A DNA stretch of 64,000 bases, from NCBI GenBank assembly GCA_965644295.1, contig CBFFRP010000066.1, forward strand, positions 186,001-250,000, read 5' to 3'. The notes under the pieces were generated by a model, which was given only the letters and a program-made list of their open reading frames with translations, did no database searches and was not told the origin of the DNA. Source of the DNA: Paraphysomonas bandaiensis. Its lineage: Eukaryota > Protista > Chrysophyceae. The translations under genes and the position numbers were made by a program. Positions 47,101-60,890 of the stretch are shown one piece after another; position 1 is the stretch's first letter; every line of letters begins with the position of its first letter.

Positions 47101-50100
47101 ACATATTTGCATATTCGTTCCAACTATCTCAACGGTACTCTTCCCTCATCATTGGGTCGGCTGACTTCTCTTAGTTATCTCAACATAGGTAGCAATTCCA
47201 TAACGGGCCCCCTCCCGTCATCATTGGGTGATTTGACTGCATTGACATATTTGGATTTTGGTTACAACTCTCTCAGCGGTGCTCTGCCCTCATCATTGGG
47301 TCAGCTGACTTCTCTTGTTAGTCTCTTTTTATATGTCAATTCCATAACGGGTCCTCTCCCGTCATCTATGGGTGATATGAATGCATTGACAGTTTTCAGT
47401 ATTGATTCCAACTCTTTCACCGGTACACTACCCTCATCATTGGGTCAGCTGACTTCCCTTGTTAGGTTCTATATAACTGACAATTCCATAACGGGTCCTC
47501 TCCCCTCATCTATCAGTGATATGACTGCACTGACACTTTTGAATTTTGGTTCCAACTCTCTCAACGGTACTCTGCCCTCATCATTGCGTCAGCTGTCTTC
47601 TCTTGGTTATCTCAGTCTATCTGGTAATTCCTTAACGGGTCCTCTCCCCTCGACATTGGGTCAGCTAACTACTCTCAGTGTTCTCTATCTATATGGTAAT
47701 TCCTTATCGGGTCCTCTCCCCGACTCTTTTTCCAGTCTAACCAAATTACGACTTCTAAGGGGTGAGGACAACATGTTCACAGGTGTATATCCTTCCGAGC
47801 TATGCACAATGACTCAATTAACAACGTTCTACCTGACACAAAACACTTACCATGAATGCTTGAGACCAACATCTGCACCGACTCCTTTCCCTACAAGACA
47901 GCCATCTGGGATCCCTACAGGACAACCGTCAATTAGTGGACAGCCATCTAGTGAGCCATCAGCACTGCCATCATATCAACCCACGGGCGAGCCATCTGGG
48001 ACCCCCACAAGACAGCCATCTGGTGAACCAACAGGTCACCCTTCATGCCAGCCTACAGGTCAGCCATCTGGGATCCCTACAGGCCAGCCGACATATCCAC
48101 CTACAGGACAGCCATCTGGTGAACCTAGTGGACAGCCATCCGGTCAACCCACGAGTGAGCCATCTGGGATCCCTACAGGACAGCCGTCATATCCACCTAC
48201 AGGACAGCCATCTGGTGAACCTAGTGGACAGCCATCTGGTGAACCTAGTGGACAGCCATCCGGTCAACCCACGAGTGAGCCATCTGGGATCCCTACAGGA
48301 CAGCCGTCATATCCACCTACAGGACAGCCATCTGGTGAACCTAGTGGACAGCCATCAAGTCAACCTACAGGACAGCCATCATGTCAACCCACGGGTGAGC
48401 CATCTGGGATTCCTACAAGACATCCATCTGGTGAACCTACAGGGCAACCATCACATCAACCTACAGGACAGCCATCTGGTGAACCTAGTGGACTGCCATC
48501 GAGTCAACCTACGAGTGAGCCATCTGGGATCCCCACAGGACAGCCGTCACATCCTCCTACAGGACAGCCATCTGGTGAACCTAGTGGACTGCCATCACGT
48601 CAACCTACAGGACAGCCATCATGTCAACCCACGGGTGAGCCTTCTGGGATTCCTACAAGACAGCCATCTGGTGAACCTAGTGGACATCCATCTGGTGAAC
48701 CTACAGGGCAACCATCACATCAACCTACAGGACAGCCATCTGGTGAACCTAGTGGACTGCCATCGAGTCAACCTACGAGACAGCCATCAAGTCATCCATC
48801 CCGAATTCCCACAGGACAACCATCTGGCCAACCTACAGGAAAACCGTCATGTCAACCCACAGGTGAGCCATCTGGGCAACCTAGTGGATTGCCATCAGGA
48901 CGCCCTACAAGACAATCATATGGGATCCCAACAGGACAGCCATCTGGGTTATTACATTCGACTTTTCCATCGAAGCATGCTCCTTCAGTTGCACCTTTAC
49001 CTGAGATATTACGTATGGACTGGACTGCGTATCAAGATCGCGTTACACTTTCAATTCAGCTCTCAGACAGAGGCTATGTCTATTGCGCAAGCTATGAATC
49101 TATGGTAATCGTCGACTCTGTAAATTCTGTAATTTCTACAAACAATTTTGACTATGTGGACGACGTTTCTGTCAACGCCTCAATCTCGATAACATCTCTG
49201 ACACCGTCCACGAATTACACCCTTTATTGTGTCACGCAAAACAATGACTTGTTAGCTACCTCGTATGAAGAAATGCTCTCGAGTGCAATCGTTTGGGAAA
49301 CTCTCTGTTGTAAGAGCATATTTGTGGATTTGAATATGCTTGTGCTGCAAGAATATAGTGTGGGCTGGAATATGGTTGCAGTTACCCTTTCGGCAGCTCC
49401 GTCATCTGACAGTGATGTGTGGATATCTGCTGAGGTGTCAAATAGCAGTGGTTCGTACACTGTATCCCCCTTTCTGGATGACACTGTGACTGTTACACAT
49501 TCCTCATGGTCGAAAACACACGTATTCACTGTCGCCAACTGTGCGCCGGGACTGTACACACTACAGGTAACTATGATGGATTTTGCAGTGCAGCAGGAGT
49601 ATGATGTGATCTTCCGAAGTGGGCAGTCGTTCACTGTAGAGCCCTCTGCAGTAGAACCCAGCACCCCGCGTTTAACGTCAGCACAGTTCTCGAAGAGTGG
49701 TGAGTCCGCTGTCCTGAAATTTGATTCACCTACGGACAAGGCGCTATATTCCTCATATTTCAAGTGCTCTCGTCTCCTGGATGTAGCTGGGGCCTCATTG
49801 TCAGACTGCCTTTGGACCTCGGCCATCACACTTACTGTGTATTTCAAAGGGCCTCTTCTTCCTGAAGTGGGTGATAGTGTGGTGCTGCTACCGGGTCAAC
49901 TGCGAGCTCAATGCACCTCCACAACATCAGAGTGTACCGGCTGGGTAACTGTGAACAGAACAGAGATGGTTTTAGTTGCCCCCTACGACCCCATATCACC
50001 CACGCTCGTTGTGACATACCCAAAGGTCTCCGGTCCCTGCGACAGACCTGTGATCGATATTACTGCCTCCTTTGGTTCGGGTGGTCGACCATGGAAACAC

Positions 50101-53100
50101 TTTAACATCACTGTGACCAGTGCTAGCAATACTGTTCATACAGTTCAGAAATGGCTTACAGAGAATTACGTGATTAGCCCACCGCCTGCAGTACCAGCCC
50201 AACTATTTCAAGGCGGTTATAGGTACATCTTTGAGCTATGGCTGTGCAATTTTCTCGGTGAGTGCAGCTCTGCCATAGCTATCATAGAAAGAGTGAATGA
50301 TAGTCTGCCGTATGTTTCTATGGTGGGAAAACTCTCTCGACAGATATTCACTTACACTCCTCTGGCACTGCAGTCAAATGCTTTTCTATCTGAATGCGAC
50401 GGTTCTGCGTCGTATTCCAACTTAATATATGATTGGAAAATATTCGAGGATGAAGTGGAGCACTCTGAGTTAGTGTCGTTGTCGAGTGACCCGAGAAAAT
50501 TTAAGTTACCACCTTATTCTTTGAACGTAAGTTCTGTTTACGAAATAAAGTTAACTGTGGCAAGCTCTCTGTCGGGGTTGTCGTCGTCAGTACTGGTATA
50601 CGTGTCAGTAGTTCAGTCCGATATTGTGGCAATCATTGAGGGAGGATCACAGCAATCATTGCGAATCGGCGGCAGTGTGTTATTGGATGCATCTGGCAGT
50701 TATGATAAAAACATTCCACTCGAATTACGCCCTCCAGCTGAGAGCAGTGGGTTTGAATTCCGTTGGACTTGTATGCAGTTGTTTCCAGCTCTCCTTCTGC
50801 GGTGTGATGATTTGAATATACAATCGAATACTATCACAACTCCACATTTACTACATATATTTACTACGAATATGACAAAGGAGCACTCGGAGTATTCGAT
50901 AAGTGTGGAGGTGCTTAGTATTGCTGACGGCAGGCAAGCAGAGAGCTCAGTGGTTGTACGAGTGACTGAGGCATTGGCTCCGATTGTGACTATAAGCAGG
51001 AGCGGAGCAACGAGTGGTGTCAACCCTTCGTCTTCTCTGGTTTTGCTGGGAACTGTGCAATTAGATGTCCCCCAATCAGCATTTTGGACTATCAACGAGC
51101 CTTCTGTTGCTCTGGCCTCTATCACATCTACGGCGACGTATGTATCACTAGCGAAAGGGCTATACTCCATCAATTTGGTAGTTAGTGCCGGCTCTATTCC
51201 TGGTCGGTCGGTTCCCTATGTGTTTTCACTTACCTGTGGCTCGTCCACAGCATCATTGACAGTGATTTTTAACGCTCCTCCTCAGCCTGGTCAACTTTCA
51301 GTGTTCCCTCCCTCAGGTATAGCGTGGGATACAGTCTATACACTCATTGCGGAGTCTTGGACTGATGAAGACTTGCCATTGTCCTATGTAATGGGTTATT
51401 TGGAGAATGGCCACTATCCGATTGTGAGAAGTCGGTTGGAGACGTCTTATGCTAGCTCCACATTTCCACCTGGGGACAGTATGAATGGATACACATTGTT
51501 GTGTTATGTTCGTGTGCTGGATAGTTTGGATGCAGTTTCTCTGTTGCAGACGTCGGTTGTGGCTCGTTCCAATACAGCCCTCTCGGCAACATTAGCTAGC
51601 GAGAAGTTTCGATTGGAACTAGAATCGAGTGGAAGCAATATTGAGTTGACGAAGCAAATCCTCTCATTGTCTAGTTCTTATCTGAACACCAAGAACTGCT
51701 CCTCAGCACCCAACTGTACCACTTTGAACCGCCACGAGTGTTTTAGTGTTGATCATACATGTGGATCATGCTTGGCTGGGTATGTGGGAGAAGAGGGTGC
51801 ATCTAACCATGGTTGTGTACCAGAAAGCGATTTGTTAACACCTTCTCCAGGTGTGGTTTGTGGCACTGACGATGACTGTAGTGTGTGGGAGTACTGTAAG
51901 ATTACGGAGTCTCCCTCCATTTGTGATTATCGTCGGCAGACATGTACCAGTAACTGCTCGCGTCGAGGCACTTGCATACTTCAGGACAGTGACAGCGGAG
52001 CTGCTGTGACCGAGTGTCTATTGATTGACTCTTCATGTGAGGCGAAGTGTCTATGTGATAAAGGATTCAGTGGCTTGTTTTGTGAGTATACAGCTGAGGA
52101 GGCGAGAGTACGCACTGATATGAGAGAAGCCAATCTGAATGAGTTAGATGGTGTCACTAGAGTGGATGATCCAACTCTGGAGTCGATTTTGGAGTGGCAA
52201 CAAATTTTAGTTACACTTACTACGCAATCCAGTGAACTATCTGAAGTGGGGACAGAGCATGGTCTCAATATTGCTGATGTGATTTTAAGTAATGCTACAG
52301 TGCAAGCGGTGGACACATATGAGGCGTATAGTGACACGCTGACAGCAGTAGATAGCATTGCCACTGTGTCAATGAATATTTTGTTATCCTCATTGGCCTC
52401 GTCGAATATCACTCGTCACCGCAGCCTCCTTTTCAACGAGAGCTCATTCATCGCCTCCCGAGTTGCGTCCGCGCTGGACACGTATGGGTCAGGTGTAAGA
52501 AGATCTCTGATTGAGGGCCAACGCGGGAATCAGATTTTACGTAAGTCATTTCAACAAATCACAGAAGTTTTTTCCTCTTCAGTTAATAGTGAAGATATTT
52601 CAATGGCAGTACCACAGTCATTTGCAAAGACGTCGGCTGGAATACTGCCCTCGTCTCTCCAATTTCGTAGAAACAGTACACGGCACCCCTCGCGTAGTTT
52701 GAAGGTTTCATTGAGTAGTATTCGGTCGAAGCTTTATGACAATGGGAATTACAATTCGGATGTATTGCAATTGGCTATTGATGGCTCGATATACACCAAT
52801 GATTCTTTCAAGATTATTATACGAAATAATAATCCTATCTACTACGGCCGAGTACACGCCAACAATACTACATTTAACGTGACTTGTGATCGTGATGTGT
52901 ACACCACTCACATATTACCCTGTCACCAGTCAGCTGTAAACGTCACTTGTAATGGCACAGCCGCAAAAGTACGGCTACGTTGCCCGGATGTTTTCTCTGC
53001 ACCTCATTGCCGAGTCTTGTCTACCAGAGGAAACTTCAACTGCACTGTTGACTCCTACACTGCGTGGAACACCACATGCTTGTGTCATCTCACTTCATTA

Positions 53101-56100
53101 GGATATCACTTCGGAGGTGATGGACTGTCATCGTATGACACTAATCCTTCTCCCTCTCAGCGACGCGTGGACGAGACAGGGCAAGAGCAGATGATTCTGC
53201 GAGAGTCAGGGTATGTGGAGCTCGTGAGCACATCAGAGTACGTTGCTGGCGACTTTACTGCAACAGTTGTTCTGGCTCAGGAGTTCGATTCACCTGAGGA
53301 CTTGCAAGCAGTACTTTTGGTGGTGTCGTTGTTCGGAACAATTTGGGGCATGGGGTTCCTTGCAATATGTTATATGTTTGCAACGTCAGCGTATGGTTCC
53401 AAAAGTGAGAAGTTAAAACAGTGTGTGACGACCCCGAGTCTTGACCTCAATAGTGCTTCCCCAGATACAATTTCTACAGATTCGATGAAAATGCGTCTTC
53501 ATTCATATGTAAAGGAAGTTTTCCCGGCAGTGTACAACACAAAATCGCCGTGGAGTCGATTGTGGAGAGAGCTTAGGAGCCATCATCGCTACATAGGTTT
53601 ATTTCTCTCGAAAGACTATACGAACACAGTGAACCACAGGATTCGAGTGTTGCTACACCTGTTAACAACACTTTCTATGCTGATGTTTTTCCTGGCGTTG
53701 TTGTATGACTTTGAGGTAATTGCATTAATTATTATCACTCAACAATATTTATAGTATATATTGTTTTACGTAATGCTAATGATGTTCATATAGTACCCCG
53801 AAGACAATGGAAAATGTGAGGCTCATACCACTTCCTCACAATGCGCAACTGAGAAGTCGATGCTAGATTCATCACAGAGAGTGTGTCAGTGGGTTGAAGA
53901 TGATGACACGATCGGGGGATACTCGTGTGTATTTGTTAGCCCTGAGGTTACACTGAAGGTACATAAACTCCCTTTTCCATTTTAGCATTGACCTTTACAT
54001 CTCGTCTATATGTGTTCATTAGGCTATCATGATTGCCTCTGTTATATGCTCCATCTTCAGCATGTTCGGAAATGCAATTGTCGACTTTATATTTGACATT
54101 CTAGCTGCTCCCACTGCATGTTGCTCTAGGCAAAATGCTGCTGAGCAAATAAATGGTCACATCCAACAGCGTGTGGCCCAATTTGGCAGACGAGTGTCGG
54201 CCATAACTACAAATTTATCTGATCAATTTAGGAGTAGTGTGGGGAGGAAGAGAAAAACGTCGTCTTTTATAACAATTGAATCCACACGTCACCTGCCATA
54301 TTCTTGCATTGCTGCCCAGCAATTGGCGTTATCTTCACTTGGCAGTATCGTGGCAGAAGTAAACCCATCCTTACAAACCATTGAGCGTCGTTCCAGTCGT
54401 AGTCAGCGCTTAAGCAGAAATACGGATACACCCCACCCGCAGTCGAGTAATTTCCAGTCCTATTACGCCCTCTGTCCTGTTAGCCGGCGGTCTGAGGAAG
54501 TGGATAAAGTGGCAGCGATTCCGTCTACTATTCTGTCCATCTCAACGGATGATTTATATGCAGACCTGTGCAGCGATATTACGGAGCAAATGAGATACCT
54601 AAGAACCACTAGACAAAAGGATGCATTTATGATGGCCTGGTGGTATGTATAATGTTGTGCTCTTTATTTTGTTGCGTTTAATGTGTTTCTTGCAGCTTAG
54701 AAAGTAATAATCAATTCAAGCCAGAGTATGCGAGTATTATTGAGAAAACACTGAAGGAACACCTTGCGTTTGTAAAGAAGGAAGTGGCTCTCAAGCGGAA
54801 TAAATTGAATCAAATCGAAGACATGCATATTGGTCTGGAGCTGCTCCACATGTTTGTGCTGGATGTCCTCGGTCGAGGTAAAAAGCGTTCATACGTTGCG
54901 CGTGCGATATTGCAATCTTCACCACAATAAATGTGCTTATCTACTTGGTGTGTGTAGCATCACCGGCAGCCAAAATATTTGAGACGAAATCAGAGGAAGA
55001 GTGAGTTGACTATGATACACTAATGAGCCATTGCTGATATCTCATATTTGCTGTGTTGTATTTTTGCAGATTTCGCCACACCTACGTTGTTTCAAAGTTT
55101 GTAAAAGGCATAATGTGGACTTTGGTTGTGCTGTTGAATCTTTGCTTTATATTTTACTCCATGTTACGAGGTCTGCAAAGAGGACTCGAGTGGCAGATTA
55201 TGTTCCTTTTTGCATGCATACTGCAATTTCTATTTGAGATTTTGCTGTATGAGTCGTCTGAAGTTGCCATAATTCATTTTGTCATTCCAAGTTTAGTCCG
55301 ATACGAAGTTATGACTGCTCAAACTGCACTCTACAACGCAATTGAAAGTATCAGCAATATGTCAGAAGAAACAAATGATCTGATACTTGATACGCCTCAG
55401 TATTTGTTTGTATCCGTAAATGTTGCCAAATTTTTCCCTCATCAATTGGAGAGTGCAATTGTACGGTCCTATCACAGCCTTTATCCGGGGGTACTGGCTA
55501 AGAATTGGAAAGACAGGAGAAAATTTTACTGTAGAAGAGGTGCAGTGGTTCCTTCCGGTCGAAATTATACAAGACGTTTCTCTGTGATAGCTGTATTGTC
55601 TCTCTTGGTTCAACAGCTCGGTGCAGTGAGCAGCACTTGGCAGCGCATGATCATTCATCTTCTCCAGCCACTCTTAGCAGTATCTATGATCATGATGTGG
55701 CAATATATGTGGTATCACCCCATATATTTCGTCGTCCTACTGGTACTTGCATTGTATGTGGGATACCGCTATTTCTCCTTGTGGAAAAATCAGGCTGAAG
55801 AACAAAATTCAAATAAAGTCGGTCTATTCCCAGCGTTAGTTTTACCCGATTCATCTGCTTCTGGTGTTCCTGGAGAGGAGGGAACGCATCGTCTGAATAC
55901 TGACAGCATTCTTCTAGCCACGGAAGAGGGACACAGTCCCGGTCACCTCTCCAGTGACCCTATCCATCAGCAGCGACGCATGAACGATTTTCCCTCTATT
56001 TTAGAAGTGGGGCCCGACACCACCATTGGCCCACCTCTATCAACAACTGCACTTGATCCCATTGTTGCTGCTGACACTGATACGGAAGGTGCTGCTGTTG

Positions 56101-56522
56101 CGAATACTTCTTATGGCGATTCTAGTAATTTTCGACCTGCTGAGAAAACCAGCCTCGCACTTCAGAATAATACCGCACCCGATGGTTCCATTGCAATGAG
56201 TAATGTTGCGCATCTTTTAGGTGTGGATTTCTCCTCTGATAGTGAGCTCGAAAGTCCTGACACCACCATTGGCCCACCTCTATCAACAACTGCACTTGAT
56301 CCCATTGTTGTTGCGGACACAGATACCGGAGGTGCTGCTGTTGCGAATACTTCATATGGCGATTCTAGTAATTTTCGACCTGCTGAGAAAACCAGCTTCG
56401 CACTTCAGCATAAAACCGCACCCGATGGTTCCATTGCAATGAGTAATGTTGCGCATATTCTAGGTGTGGATTTCTCCTCTGATAGTGAGCTCGAAAGTCC
56501 TGACATATTCAACGAAGTGTAA
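41137..56522 (+). CDS. Giant LRR-mucin-REJ(PKD1-like)-EGF-GPS-like multi-TM surface receptor, paralog B, 6 exons, ~5013 aa
   Basis: Exons 41137-53715, 53794-53958, 54023-54642, 54696-54877, 54958-55000, 55070-56522 join in frame with GT-AG introns. Signal peptide; REJ-type motifs (LDASGSYD, FNAPP.PGQLSVFP.SG..WTDEDLPLSY); EGF-like CS..GTC..CLCDKGFSG..C; TTCLCHLT; several TM helices. Confidence 0.9.
41227..47880 (+). repeat. Eight capped LRR cassettes of paralog B (2,7,5,5,5,9,9,9 internal units), including 3x750-nt and 3x1014-nt near-identical tandem blocks
   Basis: Equivalent positions at 42652, 43402, 44152 (750 apart) and 44881, 45895, 46909 (1014 apart). Confidence 0.95.
47881..48950 (+). 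repeat. P[ST]xx mucin-like stalk of paralog B (~1.1 kb)
   Basis: 12-nt coding repeat, [16 protein letters not shown]. Confidence 0.93.
56013..56500 (+). repeat. 243-nt (81-aa) tandem repeat x2 in tail of paralog B
   Basis: Units start at 56013 and 56256; homologous to the 219-nt unit of A plus an NFRPAEKT-containing insert. Confidence 0.9.
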
Positions 56523-56709
56523 GAATGAAAATCTCAAAAATATATTTTGCGATTTTAATAATAATTACTTTTTTATCAGATTTGGTGACGATTACGACAA
56601 CGATTATTCAACTTAATTGGATACATTCTGTAGACGGAAAAAATCAAAGCCAACCGAAGTATGCCTATTGTGCGACAGGACTAGTGTGGTATCCAGCGTG
56701 TAGAAGAAA

Positions 56710-57271
56710 CATAAAATGAGTTATTGATGTTGAGGTATGTGGTATTTGGTAATACAAATTTAGTAACATACTTTTCTGCTTTAGTTTAGTTATGTTGTTC
56801 TATGTATTATGTTGCATGTTCCTAATCCTAATGTATAGAAACTTCTTAAAAGAAGTAATAATAGTCCTGTTTTTAATAAGTAATACCACGAATTTACATC
56901 GTATACAACCGCACTATAACCTCTCTTTATGTACACTCTACAACAAACACTAAAAGATTGGCCAAACCAATTGATCAGGTTTCCTCTTGTCATAAAATGA
57001 GTTATTGATGTTGATGTATGCGGTATTTGGTAATACAAATTTAGTAACATACTTTTCTGCTTTAGTTTAGTTATGTTGTTCTATGTATTATGTTGCATGT
57101 TCCTAATCCTAATGTATAGAAACTTCTTAAAAGAAGTAATAATAGTCCTGTTTTTAATAAGTAATACCACGAATTTACATCGTATACAACCGCACTATAA
57201 CCTCTCTTTATGTACACTCTACAACAAACACTAAAAGATTGGCCAAACCAATTGATCAGGTTTCCTCTTGC
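56710..57271. repeat. 281-bp near-perfect tandem duplication
   Basis: cataaaatgagttattgatgttga...ggtttcctcttg occurs at 56710 and again at 56991. Confidence 0.93.
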
Positions 57272-57465
57272 CATAGACAAGTTGTAGTACAAAGTTAACA
57301 TTAGTACGATTACTGTCTATACTATTGGAAGATCTCACAATATTTGTGGAGGGTGTTGGAGACGTACCCCTACAAATAAGAAAATTAAATGTAAAGAAGT
57401 TGAGAATTGTTCTTGATATATCATACATACAGCCGTACTGGCTACGATAGTACGATGACCTAGAT

Positions 57466-57798
57466 CCCTCAACAAAGTCGGACTTGCACCTTTTCATGGT
57501 GTTCTGGGGGATAAGTACCGGAGATATTATTTTCCCGGCAAACTAACGTGAGCAAATACTTTTCTGTTCACTCGTAGTCTAATGCTTATAAAAGTGTCAC
57601 GTGTATGAAGTCAGCTGATGTCAGGTATCAACATTCTACGTGCTCACTGCGTTTGCTCTGAGTGATATAGCAAAAGTGGCTGCACCTTGGTGCTTGCGGT
57701 GGCGCACAAGCAGCTTTTGTAGCGTCTAATAGTAGGATATCAGAGTTAATCACTGACACGCCTATTGCTAATAATAAGACATTTAAGAGAGACTTTCA
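57466..57798 (+). mobile_element. Retroposon copy 3 (both ends present, subfamily 2, diverged), with ribozyme-like 5' end 57466-57553
   Basis: Starts CCCTCAACAAAGTCGGACTTGCACCTTTTCATGGTGTTCTGGGGGATAAGTACCGG; ends cgcctattgctaataataagac...gactttca. No clear TSD. Confidence 0.8.
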
Positions 57799-57841
57799 CT
57801 ACTACGAGTTAGACCCCTAAGTAGTCATATACACACAGCAG

Positions 57842-57962
57842 TGAATGTCTTTATTATTAGTAATAGGCGTTTAAGAGTCAGAACTAATCTAGCATTCCAA
57901 TGTAATAACTCGTGCTTATCTCTGATATCCTACTATTTAAGGCTACGTAAGCTGCTTGTGCA
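57842..57962 (-). mobile_element. Retroposon copy 5 (3' ~120 nt only), tail-to-tail with copy 3
   Basis: tgaatgtctttattattagtaataggcg...aagctgcttgtgc, similar to 39744-39866. Confidence 0.7.
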
Positions 57963-57991
57963 CAATAAGTAACAATATTATATAAAATCCT

Positions 57992-58240
57992 TGTTGAACA
58001 ATTAAAAGCTGTAATTGTAAGGTATTTGAATCATAACGATTACACAAAGTATACAGTAGTGGGTACCGTATTATGAGAATTATATTATCATGAGAACTAA
58101 TATAATTATATTATATAATAGAGCAGTAAAACTAGAATATATATATTGACCGTACAATATAGTGACATTTTAAGATCGTACTAAAAATGAGTGGTAGTTG
58201 AGACAACATTAATTTGTGAATGGTAAGTGATATTGATTTT
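57992..58240 (+). repeat. Diverged direct repeat, partner at 62307-62522; both begin TGTTG (possible LTR remnant)
   Basis: tgttg.a.caattaaaagctgtaatt.taaggtatt.gaat...atgagaactaa...aagatcgtac shared. No 3' CAACA pair, PBS or PPT established. Confidence 0.55.
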
Positions 58241-58487
58241 TAGCTATAAGTAGTTATCAAAGTTCAGTTATTTAATTCATCTTCTATGTATGTTAATTAC
58301 TCATATGATGATAGGTGTACAAGTTCGATCAGTTTGTTGTAGATAGCAGGTCAATGAAACAGGGCCTTCGTAGTTTAGAATTAGACACTTGTGCAATTAG
58401 CAAACTTATACCTTATACCTCTACTTCTTGTAAACACATATTGCTATTCGTTGTATCCAAGTTAGCATCGACTATAACGATATCATA

Positions 58488-59153
58488 TTATCCCCATTTT
58501 GTCTCAAAAAAGCTTTTTTTTGACCTGATTTTGACTCAACAGGGCGCTCATATCAGCACCGGGCAAATATAGACATTCAACTTCAATATTCGGTTCAATA
58601 TTTCCAGGACTTCGAAACAACTTCAAGAATATTACAGGAGAGTTTAAGTACCATATCTGATGCTATATAGGTGGTTAGGAGCAGTGGCACCCAGTTCTTG
58701 CAGGGCTTGAGCCATATCGTGCTTCTCAGGATATTGTGTGTCTCATATCATACACACATCTTTCGATCAGGTGCAACTTGCAGGGGTAAAGCCTGCTGTA
58801 TATAAATGTGATGATGATGCTAATTAAGGCAATAAGAGGCCTCTCTTTCACCTTCAACTGTTTACGTTTATCATCACACTTACAGTGTATACATATCATT
58901 GATTAGAAACTATATGAGTTCTCATTTGTGTTATTAATGTTAATCAAGGAACATCTATTTCTTAATACAGCAAGCATGCTACAAATAGCTATACAATCTA
59001 ATATTAACTTTTCAACGTCATGAGGATAAGCTACAATTTAACCTAGGGATAAGGAGTATTGTCCCTTGTCTAAATTTTAAAACTCGGGCTTTTCGCCCTC
59101 GTTTCAAAATTTTGAGCGCGGGACGATATAGCCTCCTTATTGCCCGTGGTTAA
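58488..59153. mobile_element. Second copy of the decayed repeat with piggyBac-like terminus
   Basis: Similar to 37750-39180; ends gcctccttattgcccgtggTTAA (59150-59153). Confidence 0.5.
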
Positions 59154-60425
59154 ATATAACTATATTATAAACATTTACATGTCATTGTCAACACACAGAT
59201 ATACACACATTCAGAACGCTCGTTTATATATGCATATACACAAAAAACACACATGTGACATAATCTCATACATACAAATATTCGAGCACTGACGCTTATA
59301 TATGTAGCATTGTAGGTAGTAAACCCATATCGTAAAACGTACACACATGTGCACATAAAGTACATACAAAGGTATACATAAAATATATGTATAGACATAA
59401 AACATAAACATGCACGCAAGTCGCGTGGAAAGGATAGAGTCTTGAGAATAGCCAACAAAGACTAGACCTGTATAGACATTAACAACCATCAGCTGCACTC
59501 GCCGTAAAAAAGCTCATTCAAATCGACAAGCATGGCAACAATTGCATTGTAGATGTAACAAGACCCCAATAAAGCTGAATGGTTGCAATACATTAGTTAC
59601 CCTACATATATGGCATGAGTGAACACTGATCGTTGTGACCCTACTGCACCCTAACATGGGGTGCCAGCAACAAGTAAGCTAGTAAAGGGCATTCGCAACA
59701 TTAATCATTGTACAACGCACAAGGAAGCTCAGAAAGTATCAAAGCTCTTTCTACCAAATAAATATCGCTTATCTTCCACTCGATAAGTCGATTCCGGCAC
59801 TGATAAGCAGACTCGGCTGATGGCAAGGTAACATATCCACATAATTACTACGGACGGCAGCGCTGCACAAAAATCTAATCAAATTGGTTGATATCGCCTA
59901 TCAATTCCCTCCATCCATCGCTATGTATGGCATATTATTTAGGCACGTTCCAAATTTCTGGTTAATATATGACGTGATACTCACTGTACGGACCCCTCCT
60001 CCCTTTGGACAAATACTGACCGGCACAGAATCCAAGTCACAGAGATGATACATGACCCCCCCCACACTCTCTCTCCTCTCCAAACACTTTGTCTGCAGTA
60101 TTAAGCCGAATATATAGAGTCTCAGTAGTGGTTCATGTATCCCGCTTCTCTGCATATAGCAATCGATAGTCCTCCTGAAGACACAGAGCTCCTCTGTCTT
60201 ATCACTCAAGACACAGGCAGAGTGTGATGGTAACAATGACTGCATATAACGTTGACATCCTCCATTGTAAAGACAGTGTCTGGGAAATGGATGATAAAAT
60301 GGGGAGGGGGGAGGGCATCTTCTGTTTCCTCAATGTAGAAGTATACCCAACACACTCAAGATAAACTGCAAGTTATACTTGTAGACTATACTTTAAATAT
60401 ATCATCTATATGTCAATACGTATCA

Positions 60426-60890
60426 GCAGTCAGCATCTTATTTTTTCGGGAATTCATTGAAGTAGAAATTGTCTACATTACTGCAATAAAACTACGGCTG
60501 GAATACAGATAATTGTTGTCTCAATATTAGAGGCATCTTTGAACAAAAATATACACAGGATGCCGATACGGATATAAACATCTAGAGGATGCTGACGGGT
60601 TACATACACATGATTTCTAAGGGCGTATCAGCAGTCAGCATCTTATTTTTTCGGAAATATATTGAAGCAAAAATCTTCTATATAACTGCAATACAAATAC
60701 GGCTGGAATACAGATAATTGTTGTCTCAATATACGAGGCATCTTGGAACAAAAATATACAAAGATACAAAGGATGCTGATACGAAGTATACTAATTTTAT
60801 TGAAAAATCATCGGTTTTTCATTAAAAAGTCACTTTTTTTCACTTTTCACTAAAAAAACGATGATTTTTCAATGAAATAAACCATGAACA
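60426..60890. repeat. Two tandem copies of the ~145-bp unit plus hairpin seen at 40234-40526
   Basis: Units start at 60426 and 60631; hairpin at ~60797-60880. Confidence 0.8.

Noticed and set aside
22938-47880. CRISPR-like appearance of constant/variable alternation in the 72-nt units (also the 120-nt units at 5980-8640)
   Set aside because: In-frame protein repeats inside ORFs; no unique spacers, no cas genes, eukaryotic context.
59460-60360. Coding-like composition, possible retroelement or gene relic
   Set aside because: No frame gave a recognisable motif set; needs TBLASTX.
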